Assembly: GCA_027319565.1 (NCBI GenBank)
Contig: DAHVNA010000002.1
Coordinates: forward strand, 1-64,000
DNA: 64,000 nt
Direction: 5' to 3'
DNA from: Elusimicrobiota bacterium
Lineage (GTDB): Bacteria > Elusimicrobiota > Elusimicrobia > UBA1565 > UBA9628
Below, piece after piece: positions 1 to 9,804 of the stretch. The notes beneath the pieces were generated by a model. It had not been told where the DNA came from. It was given only the letters and a program-made list of their open reading frames with translations, and ran no database searches. A program made the translations under genes and the position numbers. Within the stretch, counting starts at the first letter, position 1; every line of letters begins with the position of its first letter.

Positions 1-950
1 CCAGCCTGACAAACCGCGGGGTCCAGAGGAATATTTCCAAGGATGGGAATTTGATATTTTTCCGATACAAAGCGAGCTCCACCCTCTGAAAAAATATGAC
101 TTGATTTTCCGCAATGGGGACAGGCAAAACTACCCATATTTTCAACCACCCCCAATAAAGGCACTTTTAACTTTTCAAACATCGCCGCCGCTTTTCGGAC
201 ATCCGACAAAGCGATGGATTGAGGAGTGGTGACCAGAACCGCTCCCACAATCGGAGCTGATTGACACAAAGAAAGCTGGACATCTCCGGTTCCAGGGGGC
301 AAATCAATCACCAAATAATCCAAGTCCCCCCAAACCACATCTTTTAAAAACTGAACGACCGCGCTGTGAAGCATGGGGCCGCGCCAAATAACCGGGGCAT
401 CGGCATCCATCAAAAAACCCATCGACATCAGCTTGACCCCGAAAGATTCAAGCGGAATAATCTTCTTATCCGGACCGACCTCTGGAGTTTTGTCTCCGAC
501 CCCCATCATCTGCGGCTGATTAGGGCCGTAAATATCTGCGTCCAAAAGACCCACCGAAGCTCCTTCCAAAGCCAAGGCTATGGCCAAATTGGTGGAAACG
601 GTCGATTTTCCCACTCCCCCTTTTCCGGAACCCACCGCAACGATATTTTTAATCCCCGGCGGCAAGACATTCTCAAGCCGCGGGTCTTTTTTCACGTCAT
701 GACTCATCCGGATATGGACATCGACGACGCCGGGAACTTTTTTGACCGCAGCCATGGCTTCCGCTTCCATTTCCATTTTGAGCGGGCACGCCGGCGTCGT
801 TAAAACATAATCAAAAGAAACCACTCCCTCTTTAATAGAGAGATTTTGAATCATTTTCAAAGACACAATGTCTTTGCGCAGTTCCGGCTCTTGGCAGGTT
901 TTAAGGGCCTCCCAAACGTTTTTTTCCAGAGTCTCTTGATCGCTATTCAT
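1..950 (-). CDS. mrp: Mrp/NBP35 (ApbC) Fe-S cluster carrier ATPase, 3' end outside window
   Basis: Not in the ORF track (no stop in window). Manual translation from ATG 950 gives MNSDQETLEKNVWEALKTCQEPELRKDIVSL...LTTPACPLK...IVAVGSGKGGVGKSTVSTNLA...LLDADIYGP...DFPPGTGD. Start overlaps the glnA stop (TAATG). Confidence 0.93.
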   Translation of the reverse strand, partial: MNSDQETLEKNVWEALKTCQEPELRKDIVSLKMIQNLSIKEGVVSFDYVLTTPACPLKMEMEAEAMAAVKKVPGVVDVHIRMSHDVKKDPRLENVLPPGIKNIVAVGSGKGGVGKSTVSTNLAIALALEGASVGLLDADIYGPNQPQMMGVGDKTPEVGPDKKIIPLESFGVKLMSMGFLMDADAPVIWRGPMLHSAVVQFLKDVVWGDLDYLVIDLPPGTGDVQLSLCQSAPIVGAVLVTTPQSIALSDVRKAAAMFEKLKVPLLGVVENMGSFACPHCGKSSHIFSEGGARFVSEKYQIPILGNIPLDPAVCQA

Positions 951-3139
951 TAAAGGATAAACAACATCTCTCGGTATTTGGGAATCGGCCACAAGTGATC
1001 GGGAACCAGCCCTTCTAACTCATCAACGGTTTTCCTGAGGGGAGAAAATAAGGGCTTAATCTCGTCGCAGTAGAAATAGGCGAGATCATGGGCGTCGCTT
1101 AACACCGCCGCCTTTTCTATTCGCTTTTTAAGAGACTCAATTCCTTCTTGAGCCTCTTCAATTAAGCCAGACACCTTTTTGAGAAGCTCTTTTTGGAAGG
1201 AAACCTTTATTTTTCCGTCTTCCAGTTTCCCCAATTTCAACAGAGAATCCGCCAATTGAGTCTGATATTCGACCGCAGCGGGAATCAATTGAGTCTGAGC
1301 CATCTCAATGATGACCTTGGCTTCGATATCAATCTCCTTCCAATACTTGTCTTGAAGGACATGATAGCGCGACTCCACCTCGGACTCGGACAAAACCTTA
1401 AGAGTCCCAAACATCTCCACCGATTTTTTAGAGCGCCATGCCTCCAGAGCATGAGGAGTCGAGGTAATATTGGGTAAACCGCGCTTCTGGGCTTCTTTCG
1501 CCCATTCAGAAGAATAGTTATTTCCTTCAAAACAAACGGACTTACTCTCTTTATAAGTTTTGCGGATGACTTCAAGGACCGCGGCTTTGAGCGGCTTTTT
1601 GAGTTTAAGCTGCGCCTCTATTTCTTTCTTTGTCTCAACTAATTGCGAAGCCACAATGGAGTTTAAGACCGTTAGAGGAACGGCATTGTTGAACGCCGAT
1701 CCCACGGCGCGGAACTCGAATTTATTTCCGGTAAAAGCGAACGGAGAAGTGCGGTTGCGGTCGGTGTTGTCCCGAAGGACCGCAGGAATATGGTCAATTC
1801 CAAAACTCATCCATTCCGCATCGGTTCCTTTGGAAGTAACGCCTTTTTCGAGGTCCTCAAGAACAGAAGTCAACTGCTCCCCCAGAAAAACCGACATGAT
1901 GGCCGGCGGGGCTTCATTGGCGCCCAAGCGATGATCGTTTCCGGAAGAGGCGATGGAAGCGCGCAACAAGGCGGAATGCTCTTTAATGGCTTTGATGATT
2001 GAGACAAGAAAGGTCAAAAACTGCAGGTTCTCATGGGGAGTGTCCCCTGGGGAAAGAATATTTTTCCCGCTATCGGTCGCCAAGGACCAGTTGCAATGTT
2101 TTCCGCTCCCATTGACCCCGGCAAAAGGCTTCTCATAAAGCAAACACGCCAAGCCGTGCCGAGCGGCGACGCGCTTTAGAACGTCCATCACCATCTGGTT
2201 GTGGTCGACGGCGACATTGGTTTCTTCAAAGACTGGCGCGCATTCAAATTGATTCGGGGCCACTTCATTATGACGGGTTTTTAAAGGAACCCCGAGCTTA
2301 TAAAGCTCGCTTTCCGCATCCGTCATGAATTCAAAGACCCTCTCCCGAATTGATCCAAAATATTGGTCTTCCAGTTGCTGCCCTTTGGGAGACGGCGCGC
2401 CAAAGAGCGTTCGACCGGTCAAGAGTAAATCAAAACGATTCTCATAATAAGACTGGTCTATTAAAAAATATTCCTGCTCGGCTCCCAAGGTCGAATAAAC
2501 CTTCCCCACCGATGGATCGAAATATTTTAAAACTCCCATGGCCGCGCGGTTCAAAGCGTCAAGAGAGCGAAGAAGCGGAGTTTTCGTATCCAGAGACTCT
2601 CCGCGGTAAGAGACAAAAATAGTCGGAATACACAAAGTGGCGCCGCCGGGAACATCCATCAAGAAAGCGGGAGAAGTCGGATCCCAGGCCGTATATCCGC
2701 GCGCCTCAAAGGTGCTGCGCAAACCTCCGCTAGGAAAACTCGACGCGTCCGGTTCCTGTTGAACCAACTGTTTTCCCAAAAGGGATTCCAAAACCTTCCC
2801 ATTTCCCACCGGATCGATAAAGCTGTCGTGTTTTTCCGCGGTGACCCCGGTCATCGGTTGAAACCAATGGCAATAATGAGTGGCGCCTTTTGAAACCGCC
2901 CATTTTTTCATCGCCAAAGCGACCGCGTTGGCCACATCGATATCCACTTTTTTCCCGTTCTGGATGGAATCTTGAAGTTTGCGGTAAATCTCTTTAGGGA
3001 GAAGGAGTTTCATCGTTTCCGGACCGAAGACGTTGCATCCGAAATAATCGGATATTTTAACGATCCCGGAAGACCGAGAGTTGTTTGAAGCTTTGGGATG
3101 GCCTGTAAAACCGGATTCTAGTCTGCTCGAGTGAGACAT
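950..3139 (-). CDS. glnA: Glutamine synthetase type III (GlnN-like)
   Basis: GATHYCHWFQPMTG, EPDASSFPSGGLRSTFEARGYTAWD, HNEVAPNQFE, NGSGKHCNWS, DRNRTSPFAFTGNKFEFRAVG. ATG 3139 with AGGAG upstream is preferred over the ORF-track start at 3160. Confidence 0.96.
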   Translation of the reverse strand: MSHSSRLESGFTGHPKASNNSRSSGIVKISDYFGCNVFGPETMKLLLPKEIYRKLQDSIQNGKKVDIDVANAVALAMKKWAVSKGATHYCHWFQPMTGVTAEKHDSFIDPVGNGKVLESLLGKQLVQQEPDASSFPSGGLRSTFEARGYTAWDPTSPAFLMDVPGGATLCIPTIFVSYRGESLDTKTPLLRSLDALNRAAMGVLKYFDPSVGKVYSTLGAEQEYFLIDQSYYENRFDLLLTGRTLFGAPSPKGQQLEDQYFGSIRERVFEFMTDAESELYKLGVPLKTRHNEVAPNQFECAPVFEETNVAVDHNQMVMDVLKRVAARHGLACLLYEKPFAGVNGSGKHCNWSLATDSGKNILSPGDTPHENLQFLTFLVSIIKAIKEHSALLRASIASSGNDHRLGANEAPPAIMSVFLGEQLTSVLEDLEKGVTSKGTDAEWMSFGIDHIPAVLRDNTDRNRTSPFAFTGNKFEFRAVGSAFNNAVPLTVLNSIVASQLVETKKEIEAQLKLKKPLKAAVLEVIRKTYKESKSVCFEGNNYSSEWAKEAQKRGLPNITSTPHALEAWRSKKSVEMFGTLKVLSESEVESRYHVLQDKYWKEIDIEAKVIIEMAQTQLIPAAVEYQTQLADSLLKLGKLEDGKIKVSFQKELLKKVSGLIEEAQEGIESLKKRIEKAAVLSDAHDLAYFYCDEIKPLFSPLRKTVDELEGLVPDHLWPIPKYREMLFIL

Positions 3140-3211
3140 ATTTTTTCTCCTGACAGTCAAATGAGAAGTTTAACCGTCCCTTTATTCTACAAAATTCCGG
3201 CGTGGAGAAAT

Positions 3212-4126
3212 TTAATGGGCCAGCGCGGAAAGTCTTTCTTCAAATTTCTGCTTGACCGCGGTTCCTTCTTCCGGAAGAAGGAAGTATTTACTCGCCTTAT
3301 GGGATAAAATCGTTAAAAATCTCGCGGAAACCCCCGCACGTCGATAAGCCGCCAGCTTATGATGGCCGTCCAATACAAAGCCGGCGAAGAAAGAATGGAA
3401 GTTCGCCCCTTTTCCATTTTGGACCGAACTTGGAATCGGGCGTTGATAAAGCCCCAAGAGAAGTATTCGCGGACGATCGCCGCCAGCGATCATTTCTTGA
3501 TAAATCTTAACGTACTCTTCATTAAGAGAATCCCTTTGAATGAGGGGAATAATAAAATCGAATTGTTTCTCCAGCAAGTTTGATTCTGTATGCCGGAAAA
3601 CCCGCGGACGCGCGCTTTCATAAAAGTTCCAACCCGGAACAATGCCCTCTTCTCGCGGATTTTCGATATCCCAAATCTCGAGGAACTCGTTATTAAAAAA
3701 ATACGATCCCTCGTCATCGCCTGAATAAGGCCCGCTCAAGGGCAAGGTGCTGTCAAAAACATCATATTCCCCTTTTTCCATCAACTCCAGAAGAGGCTCC
3801 ATCTCCCGAATCAGCGGCTCATCTAGAGGGCGGGGGGTCTGAAAACTTTTAGGCAGATTGGCTATCTTTTTTTGATTCGACAAACGCGGATCGTTAAGAA
3901 GCTTAAACCAAAAATGGCAGGTATCGCAGTCGTTTCCTATTTCAAATTTGCGGGACCCATTGATTTCTAAAAACAAGGAATTGGCTTCTTCTGGGCGCTT
4001 CTCGACTCCAATTTTGAAAAACCCCTTGCCGTCCCGAATCTTGACCTTAAAAAGGCCCTCGGATAATTTTTCAACGTCGAGTTTAGAATGAGTCGTCTCT
4101 TGTTTCATAGAAATTTCAGCTGTCAT
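3212..4126 (-). CDS. Hypothetical protein with CxxC(H) and a C-terminal ParB/sulfiredoxin-like DGHHK motif
   Basis: 304-aa ORF with GGGAG before the ATG; motifs GNDCDTCHFWF and FVLDGHHKLAAY. Confidence 0.6.
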   Translation of the reverse strand: MTAEISMKQETTHSKLDVEKLSEGLFKVKIRDGKGFFKIGVEKRPEEANSLFLEINGSRKFEIGNDCDTCHFWFKLLNDPRLSNQKKIANLPKSFQTPRPLDEPLIREMEPLLELMEKGEYDVFDSTLPLSGPYSGDDEGSYFFNNEFLEIWDIENPREEGIVPGWNFYESARPRVFRHTESNLLEKQFDFIIPLIQRDSLNEEYVKIYQEMIAGGDRPRILLLGLYQRPIPSSVQNGKGANFHSFFAGFVLDGHHKLAAYRRAGVSARFLTILSHKASKYFLLPEEGTAVKQKFEERLSALAH

Positions 4127-4311
4127 CTCCCAAATGGAGCGCTAAGGCTCTTAATGATGATAACAAAACATCGCCGTCAACGCAATAAAAAATTAAAATC
4201 GCGCATTATCTCAACCTTCTTTTCATATAGGTCCTTTGCTGTCACCCACCTAGGCCTTTTGGCCCATGTCATTTTCGTCGGAGAATGGTACCCTAAGCCA
4301 TAGTAATAAGT

Positions 4312-5775
4312 GTGAGGTATGATCAAATGAAGAATGTGAAAAAAGTTTTGTCGGGGGCCTTATGCGCCTTGATCGCGATGCTGGCGCCTGGAATCGGGGC
4401 CTATCAGGCCGCGGCTCTGGATGTTAATGCTGGGGGCGAAACCGCCCATTCCGAAACGGTTATCCCTCTCGTGCCCACTTCCATTGAAGCGCAGATACAA
4501 AATATTGGCATGGACTCGGCTCAAAACTTTTTGGACGCTTCCTTCAGTAAGGGCGAGAACAATCTGATGGAAGCTTTGCCTCAAAACGCGGCAAAGAGAG
4601 TGGTAAACGTAAGTCAAAGCGCTGAGATAAAATCCGCACTGAAACTGTCGGCGGCAAAATCCCTATCGGCGACCAAGAGACTTGGGACCGCGATTCAAAA
4701 GACGGCAAAATCATTCACGGCTAAATTCAAGCAAATCCACGCGGCGATTTCTCAAAAAGTTTCCGATTCCATATCGGATAAGATTAGCGGTTTTACCCGC
4801 CTCTTTGACGGCTCAAAACTCGCTCCGGCCTACGCGAAAACCAGGGCCTCTTCCTTTAATTTCGCCGCGCGCAAGAAATTTGTCCTTAAAAATTATTTAT
4901 CACAAGCGGCCGGACCTGACTTGTCAGGCTCCAATCAAGCCGAGCCGCCGACCGAGCGTTCTCGCGAGGAAGTGCCGCTTCCAAATTCCGCTGAAAAGCA
5001 GCCCGCACCCGCCTCTAATAATGATAGCGCGGCGCTCGAAACCGCTATTCAAAGCGCGCTCAATGAGGCTCAAACCGTCAGCTTCATGATCAAAAAAATG
5101 GGCGTTTATCAAAGCGCTCAAGATGTTGTCAGGGATTTAAAGACCGATCCCAGCGGGGTAGACTCGGAAGCCTTGGGAAATCTATCGATGACCGCTGGCA
5201 GCATCGGGGGAGAGGCCAAAAATGTATTGATTCCCGCCGTCCAAAATATCATCAATGTAAACAAGAGTTTAGCGGGTAAAAACGTTCCAATAGACGCGGC
5301 GAAATGGGCGCAACTAAAAGAAGCCGGACAAGCGGCGGCGCAAGACTTAAAGGATATGTCTGTCGTGAGCGCTCAAATCGCGGACGCCTTGTCAAACAAC
5401 AAGGCTTCTTCCGATGATATCGCGGCGTGGAAAACGCTGTCTTCCGCTTTTGCGGATAGTTCTACGGCCCTTTCGGCCTCCCTCCAAAAAGTCTCCTCGT
5501 CTGACGCGCCCTCAATGCAAAAAGCGGTTTTAGCGAACGCCCAAGAATCCTCGGTGGGAAAAATCGTCTTTGCTATTTCGTTTATCGCTTTAATGATAAC
5601 GGCGTCTCATCTAGCTCCCTTAGCCGTCGTCGGAGTCATTTTTGGAGCCGGAATCGGCGCAGCCATGACCCCTAAGGGCCAGGATTCATCCGTCAACATG
5701 ATGGTTGGAATGTTTATCGGCCTGGGAATCGGCTTAATGATCGCCCCAGCCGCCGCTCATGCGGCGATTCTTTGA
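4312..5775 (+). CDS. Secreted/membrane-anchored hypothetical protein (signal peptide, Ala/Ser-rich helical body, C-terminal Gly-zipper hydrophobic helices)
   Basis: 487-aa ORF, likely start ATG 4327 after GAGGT; N-terminal MKNVKKVLSGALCALIAMLAPG; C-terminal GVIFGAGIGAA and GMFIGLGIG. Confidence 0.6.
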   Translation: MRYDQMKNVKKVLSGALCALIAMLAPGIGAYQAAALDVNAGGETAHSETVIPLVPTSIEAQIQNIGMDSAQNFLDASFSKGENNLMEALPQNAAKRVVNVSQSAEIKSALKLSAAKSLSATKRLGTAIQKTAKSFTAKFKQIHAAISQKVSDSISDKISGFTRLFDGSKLAPAYAKTRASSFNFAARKKFVLKNYLSQAAGPDLSGSNQAEPPTERSREEVPLPNSAEKQPAPASNNDSAALETAIQSALNEAQTVSFMIKKMGVYQSAQDVVRDLKTDPSGVDSEALGNLSMTAGSIGGEAKNVLIPAVQNIINVNKSLAGKNVPIDAAKWAQLKEAGQAAAQDLKDMSVVSAQIADALSNNKASSDDIAAWKTLSSAFADSSTALSASLQKVSSSDAPSMQKAVLANAQESSVGKIVFAISFIALMITASHLAPLAVVGVIFGAGIGAAMTPKGQDSSVNMMVGMFIGLGIGLMIAPAAAHAAIL

Positions 5776-5875
5776 AATCGAATTTTCCCCGCGCTTCTTA
5801 GGCCAAAGCCCTTGTTTGTGGCGTTTCTTCCTTTTTGATACCATAGTTCAGTTCGCATAGATAAGAGAGGCTTTT

Positions 5876-7351
5876 ATGATTCGATTTGGAACATCCGGCT
5901 GGCGAGCCGTCATCGCCGATGAATTTAATTTCTTCAACGTGCGGAAAGTCGCCTCCGCCCTGGCCAATCATATTAAAGAAAACACCGAATATGGGGTTTT
6001 GAGCGCGGAATATAAATCTTTCGTGGGTGGAAATTCCCTGCCGCGGTTGCCCTTAGTCGTCATTGGTTTTGACGGGCGGTTTCTCTCGGAGGAATTCGCC
6101 CGCGAAGTCGCTGGAGTGTTCGCGCTCGAAGGCATAAAAACGATTCTCGCCAACGCCGATACGCCGACTCCGGTTGTCGGGCACGCCATTCTCTCCCACA
6201 AGGCCGTGGGAGGCGTGGTCATTACCGCTTCACACAATTCTCCGCAATACAACGGGTTTAAGTGGATGCCATTCTGGGCCGGTTCAGCCCCGCCGGATGT
6301 GACCAGCGACATTGAGAGAAGACTTGAACTCATCCAAAGCCACGATATAAAAGTCATGTCTTTTGAAAAGGCCCTTCAGGAAGCCTGGACGGAGACCTCT
6401 GATTTTAGAACCTCCTATTTTAAGCATATCTCATCCATCATCGACGTCAACGCAATAAAAAAAGCTCGTCTCAAGATAGGAGTTGACGCAATGCACGGCG
6501 CCGCCCGGCATTACCTGCGCCCCTTTCTGGAAAATTGCGGAGTCGCCGTCAGCGCGCTTCATGAAAACCGCGATGTACTCTACAACGGCCATTCCCCGGA
6601 GCCGGCGCCGGAAAATTTATCGGAATTATCCGGCTTGGTCAAAAAAAATCGCCTTCATCTGGGGCTTGCCTGCGATGGAGATGCCGATCGCTTTGGAATC
6701 TTGGATTTTGGGGGAACCTGGATTTCCGCCAACGAAATTTTGGCCTTGGTACTCGAACATTTAGTCTCTAATCGCGGAATGAAAGGAAAAATTGCGCGTA
6801 GCGTGATGACTTCTCATTTTGTCGATGCGGTCGCGAAATCCCATAGCCTTGATATCCGCGAAACCCCGGTGGGTTTTAAATTTATCGGTGAATTATTAAG
6901 AACGGGCCAATACCTCTTAGGCGGAGAAGAATCCGGCGGTCTGAGCATCCGCAATCATGTTCCGGACAAAGACGGAATTTTAGCTTGTCTCTTGGTCACT
7001 GAAATGGTCGCTGTTGAGAAAAAATCCATAACGGAATTGCGCAATCGGCTTTTCAAAAAAGTCGGAGCTTTCCACAATACGCGAATTAACTTTCATATGC
7101 CGCATTTAAGAGAGCGCCTAGAGCTTGAAGATCGCCTCCACACCAAACCGCCTCTTGACTTGGCGGGGGGGTCGGTCTGGAGAATTGACGAGTCGGATGG
7201 ATTTAAATTCATCCTCAGAGACGGCAGCTGGCTGGGTCTTCGCCCCTCGGGCACCGAGTCGGCTTTTAGAATTTATGCCGAGGCCTCAACCTCCCAAAAA
7301 CTCGCCGCGTTAATTGGCGCCGGAAAAAATCTCCTAAGTAAAAAGCAATAA
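5876..7351 (+). CDS. Phosphoglucomutase/phosphomannomutase family protein
   Basis: IRFGTSGWR, ITASHN phosphoserine loop, CDGDADRF metal loop, GGEESGG, RPSGTE. Confidence 0.93.
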   Translation: MIRFGTSGWRAVIADEFNFFNVRKVASALANHIKENTEYGVLSAEYKSFVGGNSLPRLPLVVIGFDGRFLSEEFAREVAGVFALEGIKTILANADTPTPVVGHAILSHKAVGGVVITASHNSPQYNGFKWMPFWAGSAPPDVTSDIERRLELIQSHDIKVMSFEKALQEAWTETSDFRTSYFKHISSIIDVNAIKKARLKIGVDAMHGAARHYLRPFLENCGVAVSALHENRDVLYNGHSPEPAPENLSELSGLVKKNRLHLGLACDGDADRFGILDFGGTWISANEILALVLEHLVSNRGMKGKIARSVMTSHFVDAVAKSHSLDIRETPVGFKFIGELLRTGQYLLGGEESGGLSIRNHVPDKDGILACLLVTEMVAVEKKSITELRNRLFKKVGAFHNTRINFHMPHLRERLELEDRLHTKPPLDLAGGSVWRIDESDGFKFILRDGSWLGLRPSGTESAFRIYAEASTSQKLAALIGAGKNLLSKKQ

Positions 7352-7355
7352 GCCC

Positions 7356-8654
7356 ATGAAAAATCTATCCATCAAATCGATCAAGGCTCGCCAAGTTTTT
7401 GACTCCCGGGGTCTTCCAACTTTGGAAACCGATATTGTCCTGGAAGACGGCTCGTTTGGACGCGCGATGGTTCCTAGCGGAGCATCCACAGGAACTCACG
7501 AGGCAGTCGAGCTTCGCGACGGCGACAAAAAATATTTTCACGGAAAGGGGGTCAATAAAGCCCTCCACTCTGTCAATCAGGAAATTGCCTCCGCGATCAA
7601 AGGGAAAAACGCAGGCGATCAGAAAAGCCTTGATGAGGCCATGATCGACCTTGATGGAAGCGCCAACAAATCGAAATTAGGCGCCAACGCGATACTCTCT
7701 GTTTCTCTGGCCGCCTCTCGCGCCGCCGCCGCGTCTCTCAAGATTCCACTTTACCGCTATATCCGCGAAGCCTTTAATCTTAAACTTGACTCGTGGATTC
7801 TTCCGACCCCGATGCTCAATGTCATTAACGGAGGCAAGCATGCCGACAGCGGGATCGACATCCAAGAATTTATGCTGGTCCCGACCGGAGCCTCTTCATT
7901 TTCTGAAGCCCTCCGAATGGCGTCTGAAACCTATCAGACTCTTAAGAAAATCCTGGTGTCGAAGAATCTATCCGTCGGCGTTGGAGACGAAGGCGGCTTT
8001 GCCCCCCACATCAAGACTCATGAAGAGGTTTTAATTCTATTGTCAGACGCCATCGCCCAGTCGGGATACGAGGGAAAAATTCAAATCGCCTTGGACGCGG
8101 CGGCCAGCGAATTTTTCGCAAATGGGAACTACACCTTTGAGTCAAAAACCCTCAGCGCGAGCGAGATGACCGCGCGCTACAAGGGTTGGATTGAAAAATA
8201 CGGACTCATTTCACTGGAAGATCCTCTCTCGGAAGACGATTGGGCCGGCTGGAAGGCCCTCACGGCGGAATTAGGGTCTAAATGCAAAATTGTCGGCGAT
8301 GATATCTTCGTGACCAATCCTCAACGCTTGGCGAAAGGCATCAAGGAAAACGCCGCCAACTCAATTTTAATTAAGCTCAATCAAATTGGGACGCTCACCG
8401 AAACGGTTGAAACCGTCCTTCAAGCCCAGAAAGCGGGGTTTTCCTGCGTAATCTCTCATCGTTCGGGCGAAACGGAAGATTCTTATATCGGCGATTTGGC
8501 GGTCGCCTTAAACGCCGGAGCCATTAAATCGGGGGCTCCCTGCCGCTCGGAACGCCTCTCCAAATATAACCAACTTATTCGCATCGAGGAAGGATTAGCG
8601 GATCAATCAATTTATTCGGGCCTCGCTCCGTTTAGGATGAAAGCTGCCGCATAA
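7356..8654 (+). CDS. eno: Enolase
   Basis: VPSGASTG, GDEGGFAP, ILIKLNQIGTLTET, SHRSGETED, RSERLSKYNQL. Confidence 0.98.
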   Translation: MKNLSIKSIKARQVFDSRGLPTLETDIVLEDGSFGRAMVPSGASTGTHEAVELRDGDKKYFHGKGVNKALHSVNQEIASAIKGKNAGDQKSLDEAMIDLDGSANKSKLGANAILSVSLAASRAAAASLKIPLYRYIREAFNLKLDSWILPTPMLNVINGGKHADSGIDIQEFMLVPTGASSFSEALRMASETYQTLKKILVSKNLSVGVGDEGGFAPHIKTHEEVLILLSDAIAQSGYEGKIQIALDAAASEFFANGNYTFESKTLSASEMTARYKGWIEKYGLISLEDPLSEDDWAGWKALTAELGSKCKIVGDDIFVTNPQRLAKGIKENAANSILIKLNQIGTLTETVETVLQAQKAGFSCVISHRSGETEDSYIGDLAVALNAGAIKSGAPCRSERLSKYNQLIRIEEGLADQSIYSGLAPFRMKAAA

Positions 8655-8703
8655 ATTCCGCTTTCTAAAATTATCGGAAGCTTGTACACTTGCCGGATTT
8701 CAG

Positions 8704-9003
8704 ATGTCTTACAACGCAAAAAAATATAGACTCAATAAAAGCTGGAAGCGTTGGGCGTGGATCATCTTCTTTATCGCCATTTTTTTTGTCAATCGGGGTT
8801 TTCGCCTCTTAACCCGAAATTGGCTGGAACTGCATAAAGTTAACGCGCAGAAAGCCCTGCTTTCCAAGGAAATTCAAGACAAGACGCGAGAGCTTAAGGA
8901 ATTGTCCGACCCTTCGGTTTTAGAACTAAAAGCGAGGAAGGAATTAGACTTCATCAAAAAAGGAGAAATCGAGTATCGCTTCACCCCTCCCAATAATTCT
9001 TAA
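8704..9003 (+). CDS. ftsB: Septum formation initiator FtsB/DivIC family
   Basis: Single TM, coiled coil, ELKARKELDFIKKGE motif; conserved position after eno. Confidence 0.8.
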   Translation: MSYNAKKYRLNKSWKRWAWIIFFIAIFFVNRGFRLLTRNWLELHKVNAQKALLSKEIQDKTRELKELSDPSVLELKARKELDFIKKGEIEYRFTPPNNS

Positions 9004-9012
9004 AATCATACT

Positions 9013-9804
9013 ATGCATCCTGTTCTTCTGTCTTTAGGCCATTTCCGAATCTATAGTTATGGCGCGTTAATCGCCTTGGGCGGGGTCTTTGCGACCATCT
9101 TCTGGCTTAAACATTGGAAGCCCATGGGGCTTAAAAGAGAAGACGATGTTTGGATACTGGTCAACACCTTGATTATCTCCGGCTTTCTCGGGGGGCGCAT
9201 TCTCTACGTTTTTCAATATGATCCCTGGTTTGGGCGCGCGTTTTTTAGCGATCTTTTTTCTCTTAATCGCGGCTTCTGCGTCATGGGGGCGATTTTAAGC
9301 GTTATCCTGGGAATTTACCTCTACGCGAGATTTCTCAAACTACAATTTTTAAGGACGCTTGATTATGTCTGTCAAGCCGCTCCTCTCTGGCACTTTTTTG
9401 GACGCCTGGGATGTTTTTCCGCAGGATGTTGTTACGGAATTCCGACCGCAAAGCCCTGGGGCGTTAAATTCACCAATCCCCAGTCCTTAGTTGAGCGCGA
9501 TCTTTTGGGAATTCCGATTCATCCCACCCAACTCTATGAAGCCTTCGGGGAATTGGGGATATTCTTCATCCTCTATTTTTTCTTTCTTAAGCGCCTTGAA
9601 AGCGGCAAGATTCGTCCTGGAGTTTTAAGCGCGGCCTATATCGGCGGCTACGGGGTTTTAAGATATATTCTTGAATTCTATCGCGGAGACGCTTTGTGGA
9701 TGTCAAGCCTGCCAATGACCCAGGTCCAAGCCTTTTGTCTGATTCAAATAGTGATCGCCGGAATTATTCTTTGGAGGACTCGCCATGCATCCCATTCTAC
9801 TTAA
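9013..9804 (+). CDS. lgt: Prolipoprotein diacylglyceryl transferase, copy 1 (divergent)
   Basis: MHPVLL, YSYG, GGRILY, GRLGCFSAGCCYG, HPTQLYE, RYILEFYRGD. Confidence 0.85.
   Translation: MHPVLLSLGHFRIYSYGALIALGGVFATIFWLKHWKPMGLKREDDVWILVNTLIISGFLGGRILYVFQYDPWFGRAFFSDLFSLNRGFCVMGAILSVILGIYLYARFLKLQFLRTLDYVCQAAPLWHFFGRLGCFSAGCCYGIPTAKPWGVKFTNPQSLVERDLLGIPIHPTQLYEAFGELGIFFILYFFFLKRLESGKIRPGVLSAAYIGGYGVLRYILEFYRGDALWMSSLPMTQVQAFCLIQIVIAGIILWRTRHASHST

Noticed and set aside
366..803. 145-aa plus-strand ORF, and the many other short ORFs antisense to or nested in core genes
   Set aside because: Shadow frames of well-supported genes (here mrp on the minus strand); no recognisable motifs.
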